This document shows, one piece after another, positions 25,374 through 34,796 of a stretch of DNA of 52,136 bases. Source of the stretch: Chloroflexota bacterium (GTDB lineage: Bacteria > Chloroflexota > UBA11872 > UBA12225 > JAJDUF01). Under the pieces are notes generated by a model. The model was given only the letters and a program-made list of their open reading frames with translations. It made no database searches and had not been told where the DNA came from. The translations under genes and the position numbers were made by a program. How positions within the stretch are numbered: position 1 is the stretch's first letter; every line of letters starts with the position of its first letter. The stretch is taken from NCBI GenBank assembly GCA_022824545.1, contig JAJDZR010000271.1:1-52136 (forward strand), written 5' to 3'.

Positions 25374-27023
25374 TCACTCTGATGGCAGCCGCAACGGCGC
25401 GTCTGGCTGATGGCTGAAAGCTGTCGGCTGAAAGCTGTCGGCTCCTGTGCGGAGCTTCCGCAGGATGTCCCAGTAGGCGCCGCGCGCGCCCTGCCTGATT
25501 TCCTGCACTAGCTCGCTATTGTCATTGTAGTTGTAATTGGCGCCGGTTTCCCCTTTGCGACCACCCACGAAGAAGCGCGCATCGCCACCCACTAGCTCGC
25601 GCAAGTAGTCCACCGCGGCTACGGCGGTCTCCCCGGCCAGGCGGCGCCCTGCGGCTTCGCTCGCGGCCTGCTGCTCGTCCGGGTCAACTGCATGGTCGCC
25701 GAGTGCCGCCGACAGATAGAACACCGGCTCCACGAGGTCATCGTTGCCGGTCAGCACGCCATGCAGGTGCGGATTGGCCGGGTCCAGCCGGCCGTCCCCG
25801 GCATTAAGCGAATCTTGACTGATGGCAGTGCCAGGGTAGAGGCGCACGCCCATCGCTGCGCCAACACAATCCGGCTCCAGGCGCTTCATCAGTTCGATGC
25901 TCTCCCGTAGCGTCTCGCGCGTTTCGCCGGGGCCGCCGAGCAAGAGATCGTACATGAAGGTGAGGCCGGCGCGGCGACAGGCATCGGCCGTGGCGACGAG
26001 CGTATGGACGCCGAAGACGCGGCCCAGCGATTGCAGCATGGTCGGATTGCCGGCATCACCGCCGAAGTTGATCCCCACGCACCCGGCCCGGCGGAGCAGG
26101 GCCGCCAGATCGTAGTCGAAGGGGATCGGCGACGCATAGGTGTACCAACGCACGCGCTCATGTAGGCCATGCTCGATGAGTGCCGTGCATACGGCACGGG
26201 CGTGGCGCCGCGGCAGGTTGAACTCGGCATCGCAGAGGTGGAACGTATCAACGCCGTTGGATAGCAGGGCCTCGATCTCGACCAGCAACGCATCCACCGG
26301 CCGGAGGCGGTAGCGCCGGCCCTTGGCAATCGGGTCCACGCAGTACGTACAGCGCATCGCGCAGCCCCGCTTGGTCTCGATCCCGGCCTGTCCACCTTCA
26401 CGGAAGTAGCGGTCGTGGTCTATCCAGCGTCGCTCCATCATCAGCAGGTCGTCGAGTGGCGCAAAGGCCGGGGCATTGCGCTGCAACCGCACGGTGCGGT
26501 CGGTACCGTTGGCTGCCAGCTCAGGCCACGGCAATGCCCGGCCGCGCTCGTCAACGGCGTAGATCAGGCCGGGTACTCCATCCGGTGGCTGCCCCTGCTC
26601 CAGGGCGTTGGCCAAGGCGACCGCTGCCGTTTCGCCATCTCCGGCGATGCCCAACTGCACTCCCAGGCGCTGCATCACGCCCTCGGGCATGACCGAGAAG
26701 CCCACGCCGCCGAGCACGAGTGGCGCCGACGTGTGCCGGCGCAGTGCGGCGATGACCTCGTGGTAGAGGGGCAGAAAGGACTCTTGGCTGGCAAAGTAGC
26801 AGTCGTCGGTGTTGCGGACGGTCAGTCCGACGAGATCGGGCCCGGGACGACCGGCTGCAAATCGCTCACCAATCGCGCCGACGGCATCGGGCACAAAGCA
26901 CAGGTCGAGCAGTTCGACGTGGTGACCGGCAGCGTCGAGCGCCTGCGCCACATAATCGAGGCCGATAGGCGCCACGGCCGGCTTCATGCGGTTGGCGTTG
27001 ACCAGCAAGACGTTCAATCCCAT
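25374..27023 (-). CDS. B12-binding domain radical SAM protein
   Basis: N-terminal Rossmann-like VLLVNANRMKPAVAPIGLDYVAQAL, then CX3CX2C (GCAMRCTYC). SD ggaggg before the ATG at 27023. Confidence 0.85.
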   Translation of the reverse strand: MGLNVLLVNANRMKPAVAPIGLDYVAQALDAAGHHVELLDLCFVPDAVGAIGERFAAGRPGPDLVGLTVRNTDDCYFASQESFLPLYHEVIAALRRHTSAPLVLGGVGFSVMPEGVMQRLGVQLGIAGDGETAAVALANALEQGQPPDGVPGLIYAVDERGRALPWPELAANGTDRTVRLQRNAPAFAPLDDLLMMERRWIDHDRYFREGGQAGIETKRGCAMRCTYCVDPIAKGRRYRLRPVDALLVEIEALLSNGVDTFHLCDAEFNLPRRHARAVCTALIEHGLHERVRWYTYASPIPFDYDLAALLRRAGCVGINFGGDAGNPTMLQSLGRVFGVHTLVATADACRRAGLTFMYDLLLGGPGETRETLRESIELMKRLEPDCVGAAMGVRLYPGTAISQDSLNAGDGRLDPANPHLHGVLTGNDDLVEPVFYLSAALGDHAVDPDEQQAASEAAGRRLAGETAVAAVDYLRELVGGDARFFVGGRKGETGANYNYNDNSELVQEIRQGARGAYWDILRKLRTGADSFQPTAFSHQPDAPLRLPSE

Positions 27024-27163
27024 GGCCGGCCCTCCAGTGGTGCCGCACCTCGCGGTGTCGTTGTGCCATGACTCGGTAGGCTGATGGTACAGTGAGGATA
27101 GCAGCCTGTGACTACTGAGAGACCAAGCACGCAATGTAGGACGTACCTACCGGGAGGCAAGCG

Positions 27164-27409
27164 ATGGGCAAGAACGAGTTGCTGGATCGCATCTCCATTG
27201 ATCCACGCATTTGTCATGGCAAGCCGTGTATTCGCGGTACGCGCATCTTTGTTTCTATCATTCTGGATAATCTTGCTGCTGGGATTGCTGAGGCGGAATT
27301 GCTTGCTGCCTATCCCCCACTTACCTCCCAAGACATACAGGCTGCATTGGTCTACGCTGCGGAGTTAGCTCGTGAGCGCTGGGTGCCCATTGCCGTCGAG
27401 GGGACATAA
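27164..27409 (+). CDS. DUF433 domain protein (antitoxin-like partner of DUF5615)
   Basis: ISIDPRICHGKPCIRGTRI is the DUF433 signature. SD gggagg. Confidence 0.85.
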   Translation: MGKNELLDRISIDPRICHGKPCIRGTRIFVSIILDNLAAGIAEAELLAAYPPLTSQDIQAALVYAAELARERWVPIAVEGT

Positions 27410-27784
27410 GTGCGGTGCAAGCTAGATGAAAACCTAGCGCCAGAATTGGTCCGACTTTTCAGGGAGGCGGGTCATGAGGCGGCTTCAGTTCGGGATCAGG
27501 AGTTACAGGGTGCTTTGGACGGTACGCTCTGGAGAGTCTGTCAGATTGAGCAGCGATGTTTAGTGACCTTGGACCTGGACTTTGCCAACCCCTTGGCGTA
27601 TCCACCGGCAGGTACTCCAGGGATTATCGTACTTCGGCCACCGAAAGCGCTACTGCCGCTCGTCCGTAGACTTATCCAACAGGTCTTGGACTACGTCGAG
27701 AAAGAGACGGTCGAGAGCCGCCTCTGGATTGCGGAGGTAGGCCGCATTCGTATCTACGATCCTGCCGAGGAGACACTTTCTTGA
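27410..27784 (+). CDS. DUF5615 family PIN-like protein (toxin-like)
   Basis: KLDENL...VTLDLDF pattern. It starts immediately after the DUF433 stop. Confidence 0.8.
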   Translation: MRCKLDENLAPELVRLFREAGHEAASVRDQELQGALDGTLWRVCQIEQRCLVTLDLDFANPLAYPPAGTPGIIVLRPPKALLPLVRRLIQQVLDYVEKETVESRLWIAEVGRIRIYDPAEETLS

Positions 27785-27803
27785 GGCATAGTCAGGAGTG
27801 GCC

Positions 27804-28952
27804 ATGACGAACGCATCTGCCGAACGACTACGCGAGGTGTTCCTATTCAGTTACCTGTGGGATATTGTGGACGAGGGTCCGGAGCACTTTGCTCAACGGC
27901 TGGTAGAGCAGCTTGGCGTCACCGGCGTTGCGCTCGCCGTCGCGTATCACGATGGCCGGTTCCTGCTGCCGCACCACTCGCGGCGGCGGATGTACATACT
28001 GGAGCCGCACGTCACCTACTTCCCCAACGACCTGTCGCTCTACGACGACACACCGCTCAAGCCGACCCAATGGTCCGAGCTAGGTGATGGCCCCGACAAC
28101 GCTTTCGCGCAGACCAAAGCGGCCCTGGATCGCGCCGGATTGGAGCTACAGAGCTGGACCGTCTACTGCTACAACGAGCGTTTGGGTACCGCTCATCCCG
28201 AATACGCCGTCGAGAACGCCTGGGGCAGCCGCTATACGTTCGGCCTGTGTCCGGCGCAGGAAGCGGTGCGGACTTACGCGCGGGCCTTGACCGAAGATGT
28301 CTGCCGCGCGACGGGGGCCGGTTCGCTCTGGCTGGAGTCGCTCGACTACCGCGACTTCGACTACTGCGGCTCCGAGTCAATCGTGAAGATCACGGCCGAC
28401 CTCGATCCGCTGCAACGACAGCTCGCCTCACTCTGCTTCTGCCCGGCCTGTCTGCAAGTCGCGGCGCGAGCCGGCGTGGATGGCGAGGGCGTGCGTGTGA
28501 CCGCGCGGGAGACGTTCGACCGGTTCTTGTGCGCGCCGGAGCCGTCCGAGGCGCCGGTTGCCGAGCGCCTCGCCGATTGGCCCGACGTGGCGGCGTACAT
28601 CGCTGCCCGTGATGCACAGGTCAAGGCACTCCACCAGGAAGTGGTTGCCATCGCCGCCCGGCATGGGGCGCGGTGTTTCCCGGACGTTGCGGGGATGCTG
28701 TCGCAGAACCCGCCCTCGGCCGCAGCGGTGCGCTCCGAGGCGGCAGCACTGCGCGCGGCGCACCCCGACTTGCTACCCTGCGCGATGCTGCGGCCCGAGT
28801 CGAAGGACGGGCGCAGTCCGGGCTACTGGTCGGACGTGACTCGCTACTGTGTCGAGGCCGACGTCCCGCTGTACTTCATCTACAACTACGGCTTGGTCGA
28901 AGACTCCATCCTGGAAGCCATCGGCGCCGTGCTCACCGGCCGAAATCTATAG
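27804..28952 (+). CDS. Hypothetical protein (possibly a glycoside-hydrolase-like TIM barrel; family not recognised)
   Basis: AGGAG 5 nt before the ATG. Long ORF with native codon bias. Confidence 0.6.
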   Translation: MTNASAERLREVFLFSYLWDIVDEGPEHFAQRLVEQLGVTGVALAVAYHDGRFLLPHHSRRRMYILEPHVTYFPNDLSLYDDTPLKPTQWSELGDGPDNAFAQTKAALDRAGLELQSWTVYCYNERLGTAHPEYAVENAWGSRYTFGLCPAQEAVRTYARALTEDVCRATGAGSLWLESLDYRDFDYCGSESIVKITADLDPLQRQLASLCFCPACLQVAARAGVDGEGVRVTARETFDRFLCAPEPSEAPVAERLADWPDVAAYIAARDAQVKALHQEVVAIAARHGARCFPDVAGMLSQNPPSAAAVRSEAAALRAAHPDLLPCAMLRPESKDGRSPGYWSDVTRYCVEADVPLYFIYNYGLVEDSILEAIGAVLTGRNL

Positions 28953-29720
28953 AGTCAGGCAAGCCTCGGTGGCGAGCCAGAACAGCTTCTCCCGCACTGA
29001 TGTCTGCTTGTCCCAGCGTCGAGAATCCCATTCATCGCTGCTGACATCATCACCGCCATAGAGGAGTTGTCCGAACGTCACGCCACGAAACCGGGCAACG
29101 GCAAAGAGGGCAGCAGCTTCCATCTCCACCGTGGCGCAACCTTCCGCTCGACGCAGTTGCACCTTGGCGAGTGTTTCCCTGTAGATAGCGTCGGTGGTCC
29201 ATGTCTTGGCCAGGACATACCCAATGTTGTGGCGTTTGAGTGTCCGTTCGATGGCTGCGACCGCCGCCGGGCTGGCAGCTACCTCCCGGCTCGGCGGCAG
29301 ATAGTGATACGAAGTGCCCTCGTCACGCACAGCGGCGGTTGGGACAACGATGTGTCCCAAGGCGATAGTCTCATCAAGGACACCTGCGCCACCGCAGGCG
29401 ATGAACTTCTCGCACCCCAACGCGATCACTTCTTCCAGCATACAGGCGGCCAACGGTGCGCCCACTCCGGGGTGAAACAGAGCGACTCGCTGACCATCCA
29501 CGGCTAGCTCGTACACGGGATGGGTGCCGATCTCGCTCGACAGCGACGCGATCAGCGTAGTCTGGCCCTCTTCCTGCAAGCGCGTAATCACGTCTTGGAA
29601 GAAGGTCACAACGCAGTGCTTCGGCACGTCGGCCGGCTCAATCACACGATGCGGCTCGATGACCGCCTCCCGTTCAGGATCGAACTCCAAGATTGGGTAC
29701 TCTCTGTGCAGCCGCTTCAC
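28947..29720 (-). CDS. Nucleoside phosphorylase (PNP/UDP family 1, uridine phosphorylase-like)
   Basis: HPGVGAPLAA, FIACGGAGVL, VEMEAAALFAVA. AGGAGG 5 nt before the GTG. Confidence 0.8.
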   Translation of the reverse strand: MKRLHREYPILEFDPEREAVIEPHRVIEPADVPKHCVVTFFQDVITRLQEEGQTTLIASLSSEIGTHPVYELAVDGQRVALFHPGVGAPLAACMLEEVIALGCEKFIACGGAGVLDETIALGHIVVPTAAVRDEGTSYHYLPPSREVAASPAAVAAIERTLKRHNIGYVLAKTWTTDAIYRETLAKVQLRRAEGCATVEMEAAALFAVARFRGVTFGQLLYGGDDVSSDEWDSRRWDKQTSVREKLFWLATEACLTL

Positions 29721-29776
29721 CCGGTCCTCCTAGGAGCATGGTAGTGCTGTACCGGGAGTGCCATCTGCGACTGCAC

Positions 29777-30871
29777 TTAGAGGGTTGTCGGTACTTCTTC
29801 CCAGCGGCCGGACTTGGCGGCCAGGCCGGCTGTCTCGACAAGCGCCTGCACCCGCCAGCCGTCGCGGATGGTCGGGTGGCAGTCGCGGCCGGAGCGGATC
29901 GCCGCGACAAACTCGCTGAACACGCGCCGGCCCATCGCCGCCAGCAGGCCGGCGTGCTCGTCTACGCCGGGGCCGAGGTCTGGTTCGATGGCCTCGGTCG
30001 GGTGGCCGTAGCGGTAGACCTCAGCGTGCTCCAGCCCGTCGGTCACGACGGCCGCTTTCGTCCCGTTGATCTGGATCATCGAGCGGCCCAACGGCTTGTC
30101 CGAGTCGACGTGGCCGACGCGGCTGGTGGCAATCGTGCCGTGGACGCCGGAGGCAAAGCGCAGTGCCAGCACCACGTCGTCGTCCAATGTGAGCGGCATC
30201 GTGCCTCCGGTGGCCGGGTCGGGTACCTCCTGCACCACGGTCCGCAGACTGGCGGCGATGTGGGTGATCGGACCACCGATGAGCACCGAGAAGTTGAGCA
30301 TGTGTGATCCGAGATCGCTCAAGACGCCGGCCGAGCTACGCGCGGCGTCGTACCGCCACTGCGCCGTCAGCGCCGCTCCGAGCAGTCGGGGGTTGTAGCG
30401 TTGGGTGTGAATACTAATCAACTCACCGAATTGGCCGTCGCGTACCCGCCGCACCAGCTCCTGCGCGATGGGCGCGTAGGGCAGCAGGAAGCCCGTCATC
30501 GTCCGCACGTTCGCCCGCTCGCACGCCGCGACCATCTCGCTGGCCTGCGCGAGGTCCATGGCGACCGGCTTCTCGCAAAAGAGGTGCTTGCCCGCCGCCG
30601 CCGCGGCCAGAACCTGTTCGTGGTGGGCGTCGTCGGGGGTACAGATCACCACGGCATCAATGTCCGAGGCGAGCATCTCTTGCGGGTCCTGCGTGACTAA
30701 CTCGACGCCAAAACGCTCGGCAAACTCCTGCGCGGGCGCCGGGCGCGGCCCGCACACGGCCGTCACCTCCGCGCCGGGTACGTCGGCTAGGGCCTGCGCG
30801 TGGGCGCCGGCAATAAAGCCATAACCAAAGAAGCCGAACCGGACCGTCTGTTCACCTGAATTGCTTGCCAT
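29777..30871 (-). CDS. Gfo/Idh/MocA family oxidoreductase
   Basis: VRFGFFGYGFIAGAHAQAL Rossmann N-terminus and EKPVA motif. Confidence 0.85.
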   Translation of the reverse strand: MASNSGEQTVRFGFFGYGFIAGAHAQALADVPGAEVTAVCGPRPAPAQEFAERFGVELVTQDPQEMLASDIDAVVICTPDDAHHEQVLAAAAAGKHLFCEKPVAMDLAQASEMVAACERANVRTMTGFLLPYAPIAQELVRRVRDGQFGELISIHTQRYNPRLLGAALTAQWRYDAARSSAGVLSDLGSHMLNFSVLIGGPITHIAASLRTVVQEVPDPATGGTMPLTLDDDVVLALRFASGVHGTIATSRVGHVDSDKPLGRSMIQINGTKAAVVTDGLEHAEVYRYGHPTEAIEPDLGPGVDEHAGLLAAMGRRVFSEFVAAIRSGRDCHPTIRDGWRVQALVETAGLAAKSGRWEEVPTTL

Positions 30872-30951
30872 CACTGCACCTCGTCGTCTTGATGCCGTTA
30901 TGATACCGTGACGATTGGCCGGCGGTGGCCGGTGTGCGACGGGAGGAAACG

Positions 30952-31926
30952 ATGATCCAGACGCGGCCCTTCGGCTATGATCGCCAACCGGTCCCCGAGA
31001 TCGGGATGGGCTGCTACCGCATCACCACCGACATGGGCGTAGACCGCCCGACGGCCCTGGCCACGCTGCAACGGGCATACGAGCGAGGCGTGCGCTTCTT
31101 TGACACGGCGCCGCTATACGGCCACGGAGAGGCCGACGCGCTGTTAGGCGAGGCCTTTGCCCACGTCCCTGACGACGAGATCATCATTGGAGCCAAGCTG
31201 AGTGGTCCCACCGACAACCTCTGGGACTACACCTACGACAATTGCATGAGAGGCTTCGAGCAGACCTTGCGGCACCTGAAGCGAGACTCGGTGCAAGTCC
31301 TGCAGATCCATGGCAACCCCGGCTGGCGAGACCTGGCAGCGGACCACCGCCGGGAATGGCACGACGTGTTCGGGAAGGGCATGGCCTACGAGGCGCTGCT
31401 CAAGATCCGCGAGCAGGGCGGGTGCAAGTACATCGGCGTAACGAGCCATTGGTCGCCACACCTCCAGCACTGCCTGGAGCACGCCGGGTTCGACAGCGTA
31501 GAGATCGCCAGCCACTACAACCTGCTGATGAATGCAGCCCGGCGAACGGTGCTGCCAGTGGCCGAGCGCACCAACACCGCGGTGGTTGTGGCCACGCCCT
31601 TGTTCGCCGGCCGCTTGGTTTCGTTGGCGGCCCTGGAGTCCCAAGGGGTGCGCCGCAGCGGGGACTCCGCGCCGGCAGCGGCAGTTCTGCGTGAGGTGCT
31701 GGCCGAGACGGGCTATTCGCTACCGCAGTTGGCGCTGCTGTACCTCCTGGACGATCCGCGGATCACGTGCATCATTCCCGGATCGGCGAACGTCGCGGAG
31801 CTAGAGGCCAATCTGACGGTGACAACGCTGCCGCGGCTGCCCGCGGACATCATCGAGCGGCTCCGCACCGTCGGCCTGCCGTACCCTTACCTCAAAGATG
31901 AAGCTATGACGCTCGTGCCGGTGTAG
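30952..31926 (+). CDS. Aldo/keto reductase
   Basis: GMGCYRIT, FFDTAPLYGHGEAD, VLQIHG, IGVTSH. SD gggagga. Confidence 0.9.
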   Translation: MIQTRPFGYDRQPVPEIGMGCYRITTDMGVDRPTALATLQRAYERGVRFFDTAPLYGHGEADALLGEAFAHVPDDEIIIGAKLSGPTDNLWDYTYDNCMRGFEQTLRHLKRDSVQVLQIHGNPGWRDLAADHRREWHDVFGKGMAYEALLKIREQGGCKYIGVTSHWSPHLQHCLEHAGFDSVEIASHYNLLMNAARRTVLPVAERTNTAVVVATPLFAGRLVSLAALESQGVRRSGDSAPAAAVLREVLAETGYSLPQLALLYLLDDPRITCIIPGSANVAELEANLTVTTLPRLPADIIERLRTVGLPYPYLKDEAMTLVPV

Positions 31927-31988
31927 CAGTGGCGGTGAATTCCTGATCCGGTACGGTGGCCTGGTGGCGGCTAGAGCGTGAGTGACTC

Positions 31989-32651
31989 ATGGGTCAATTC
32001 AGCAAAATCCGTCTGCCGCAAGGCCAGGCGTGGCGGGGAGCGGTGATTGTCGTCGTCGTCTTGGTCTTGCTGGTCGGCACACTTATCGCGCTGAATCTCA
32101 CCTTGACCGGCACAGGCAGGCTCAAGGACCTGGCCAGTGTGATCCAATCGGTTGTCACCGCTTTTGCACTCATAGTAGGCGGTATCTTTGCCGCATATAA
32201 ATGGCAGGTCTTCAGAGAGGCCGAGCCGCATCTCACTATAGACAACAAGGTGTCACACCGGCGCATCGGTGACGGCTACGTCCACATTGCCGTGACCGCA
32301 ACCTTGCACAACAGTTCGAAGGTCAAGATGGAGTTTCGTGAAGCATTCTTCCTTCTGCAGCAGATTTCGCCAGTATCGGATGAAGAGATCGAAAGGTTAT
32401 ACGACCAGGCATACACTGGTGAAGAACAAGGGGACCTGCAGTGGCCTACGCTTGACGAAACCCTTCGCACATGGCGCGACAATGAATTAATCGTAGAACC
32501 AGGAGAGTCACATCAGGAAATATGGGAATTCATAGTATCTAAGGATGTTGAGTCGGTTATGATCTACACATACTTCTATAATTCGAGATTGCCTCAAGTT
32601 CCCCAAGGTTGGGGGGCAACGACGGTCCTTGATATAGTGACCCGTGGCTAA
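31989..32651 (+). CDS. Hypothetical 2-TM membrane protein with a ~150-aa C-terminal soluble domain; strongly AT-shifted gene
   Basis: TM1 AVIVVVVLVLLVGTLIALNL, TM2 VVTAFALIVGGIFAAY, then strand-like segments (YVHIAVTATLHN, VKMEFREAFFLL, VMIYTYFYN). No family recognised. Confidence 0.6.
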   Translation: MGQFSKIRLPQGQAWRGAVIVVVVLVLLVGTLIALNLTLTGTGRLKDLASVIQSVVTAFALIVGGIFAAYKWQVFREAEPHLTIDNKVSHRRIGDGYVHIAVTATLHNSSKVKMEFREAFFLLQQISPVSDEEIERLYDQAYTGEEQGDLQWPTLDETLRTWRDNELIVEPGESHQEIWEFIVSKDVESVMIYTYFYNSRLPQVPQGWGATTVLDIVTRG

Positions 32652-32679
32652 TGATGCGTCCACATTGGAAGGAGGGGAT

Positions 32680-32847
32680 ATGCCAGCCAAGAGGCAGTGG
32701 AGAGACGACAGGGCGCCCCCAGCGAGACCTGACAGGGTGCATACGAGGGGAATGGCGCCGAAGGTGAGGCCACCGAAAGCCTGGGACTCGAGTAAACCGC
32801 CGGGCGGGAAATTGCCGCCGCCGCAGAAACCCAAGCAGACTACTTGA
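32680..32847 (+). CDS. Candidate small (55-aa) basic Pro/Lys/Arg-rich protein
   Basis: Strong SD GGAAGGAGGGG 4 nt before the ATG at 32680. Low-complexity sequence, so coding status is uncertain. Confidence 0.3.
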   Translation: MPAKRQWRDDRAPPARPDRVHTRGMAPKVRPPKAWDSSKPPGGKLPPPQKPKQTT

Positions 32848-32999
32848 ACCGCATCAACATCAATCACCGTCGAGCCGGACAAGTGCGGCGCCGTCTGCCT
32901 GGAGTATCCGCTCTCCCAACAGTCCCCCTGTTCCGCTGGTGTGCGGATTCCCGCGTCTGCAGCAATGACGGGCGCTACCTAACCACTCACCATCAGACA

Positions 33000-34619
33000 C
33001 TAAGGCCGGGTGAGAACCTCTCCTGGCAGCGTGCCGAGGTGGTTGCTGCCGCTCACGACGAGCTCGCCGTTCACCAGTACGTGCTCGATGCCGTCCGGGT
33101 ATTGGTGCGGCTCGTCGAAGGTGGCGCGGTCGCTGACCGTCGCCGGATCGAAGACGACGAGATCGGCGTCCAGTCCGGGCCGGACGATCCCCTTGGCGGC
33201 GAGGCCGAGGCGTTGAGCCGGGCCGCTGGTCATCTTGCGGATCGCTTCCTCCCAGGTGAGCAGGCCAAGCTCGCGCACGTAGCGGCCCAAGACCCGGGGA
33301 TGCGTCCCGTAGGAGCGGGGATGCGGCTTGCCCTCGGACAGTGGCCCGTAAGGCGCGGCGACGCTGCCGTCGGAGCCGATCATGCCCAAGGGGTGCGCGA
33401 GCACCCGGCACACGTCGGCCTCGTCGAGTTGAAAGTAGACCATATGCGCCGCACCGCCCAGCGTGTCGAGCACGTAGGCCACCGTCTCCTCGCCGCTGAG
33501 ACCCAGCGATGTGCCGATCTGCTCGATGGTCTGCCCCTCCCAGGACTTGTGCGCCGCCGTTGGTACCCAGGAGACGATGATTGTGTGCCACCCCTCAATT
33601 CCGGCGGCGCGCTCGCCGATGCCGGCCACGACGCGCTCGCGCTCGACCGGGCTGCGGAGGCGAGCGCGGAGCGCCGGTGCGCCGCCTTCGTGCGCCCAGT
33701 CGGGCAGGAGCGAGCCAAGCCCCGAGCTGCTGGCGATGTAGGGGTAGGCGTCGTAGGCCACATCTACACCGCCGGCACGGGCGGCCTGCATCATCTCCAG
33801 CGTCTGGACCGTCTTGCCCCAGTTGGGCGGGCGGGCTGCCTTGTGGTGGGCGATCTGTACCGGTAGCTCCGCGCGGCGACCAATCTCGATGGCCTCGTCC
33901 ACGGCGTCGAGGAGCGTGTCGCCCTCCCCGCGAATATGACTGAAGTACAGTCCGCCGCGCCGCGCCGCCACCTCGGCCAAAGCGACGATCTCGTCCGTGT
34001 CGGCATACGAGCTAGGCGGATAGATCAGCCCGGTGGAGACACCGAAGACGCCATCGTCCAGTGCGTCATCCAGCAGGCGGCACATCGCCGCCAACTCATC
34101 GGCGGTAGGCGGGCGGTGCTCCATCCCCATGACTTCACCCCGCAGGGTGGCGTGGCCGGCCAGGGGCGCCACGTTGACGGCTACACCTTGGCGGCGCAGC
34201 CGGTCGAAATACTCGCCGAAGGTCCGCCAGTCGCGGCGCAGGCCCTGTCCGGCGGCCCGTTCGCCGATCCGGCGATTGAGGAAGGCGCCATTGAGCGGGC
34301 CGATTGGGGCCGGGGCGCTGCCACAGTTGCCGATGACGACCGTGGTCACACCCTGTCGTACCTGACTCTCCGCCGGTGGGTTGACCAAGAGCGGCAGGTC
34401 GGAGTGGGTGTGCGGGTCAACGAACCCTGGCGTGACAAAGCAGCCGGTGGCGTCGAGCACGGTCGCGGCCGTGGCCCCCTCCGACTGACCGTTCTGATCG
34501 TTCATCGGCAGACGTTGGACGGCAGCGATCTTGCCGTCTTGGATGGCGACGTCGGCCCGAAACCAGGGGGCTCCCGTTCCGTCAATCACCCTCCCGCCCC
34601 GAATCAGCACGTCTGTCAT
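33000..34619 (-). CDS. N-acyl-D-amino-acid deacylase (D-aminoacylase) family amidohydrolase
   Basis: LIRGGRVIDGTG...DVAIQDGKI, GFVDPHTHSD, and a C-terminal VLVNGELV pattern. Confidence 0.9.
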   Translation of the reverse strand: MTDVLIRGGRVIDGTGAPWFRADVAIQDGKIAAVQRLPMNDQNGQSEGATAATVLDATGCFVTPGFVDPHTHSDLPLLVNPPAESQVRQGVTTVVIGNCGSAPAPIGPLNGAFLNRRIGERAAGQGLRRDWRTFGEYFDRLRRQGVAVNVAPLAGHATLRGEVMGMEHRPPTADELAAMCRLLDDALDDGVFGVSTGLIYPPSSYADTDEIVALAEVAARRGGLYFSHIRGEGDTLLDAVDEAIEIGRRAELPVQIAHHKAARPPNWGKTVQTLEMMQAARAGGVDVAYDAYPYIASSSGLGSLLPDWAHEGGAPALRARLRSPVERERVVAGIGERAAGIEGWHTIIVSWVPTAAHKSWEGQTIEQIGTSLGLSGEETVAYVLDTLGGAAHMVYFQLDEADVCRVLAHPLGMIGSDGSVAAPYGPLSEGKPHPRSYGTHPRVLGRYVRELGLLTWEEAIRKMTSGPAQRLGLAAKGIVRPGLDADLVVFDPATVSDRATFDEPHQYPDGIEHVLVNGELVVSGSNHLGTLPGEVLTRP

Positions 34620-34796
34620 GGTCTACTCCCGTCCTCTGCGACCACAGCCAGGTCTACACAAGCCGATGCCTGCTAAGGTGGTGCAGACGTGGTGCGTCAC
34701 TCGCTCGCTTGCGGGTACGCTACGCTTGCCAGCACGGCGGCCGCGCCCGGGTATGTGCCTCGCGCGGCGTTGGGAGCCATTGTACGGGCAACGAAC

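Noticed and set aside
25374-25377. GTGA overlap suggesting translational coupling of the radical SAM gene and moeA
   Set aside because: The GTG at 25377 would add ~45 non-homologous residues that read through a repeat element. The ATG at 25302 has a GAGGA SD and gives a normal MoeA N-terminus.
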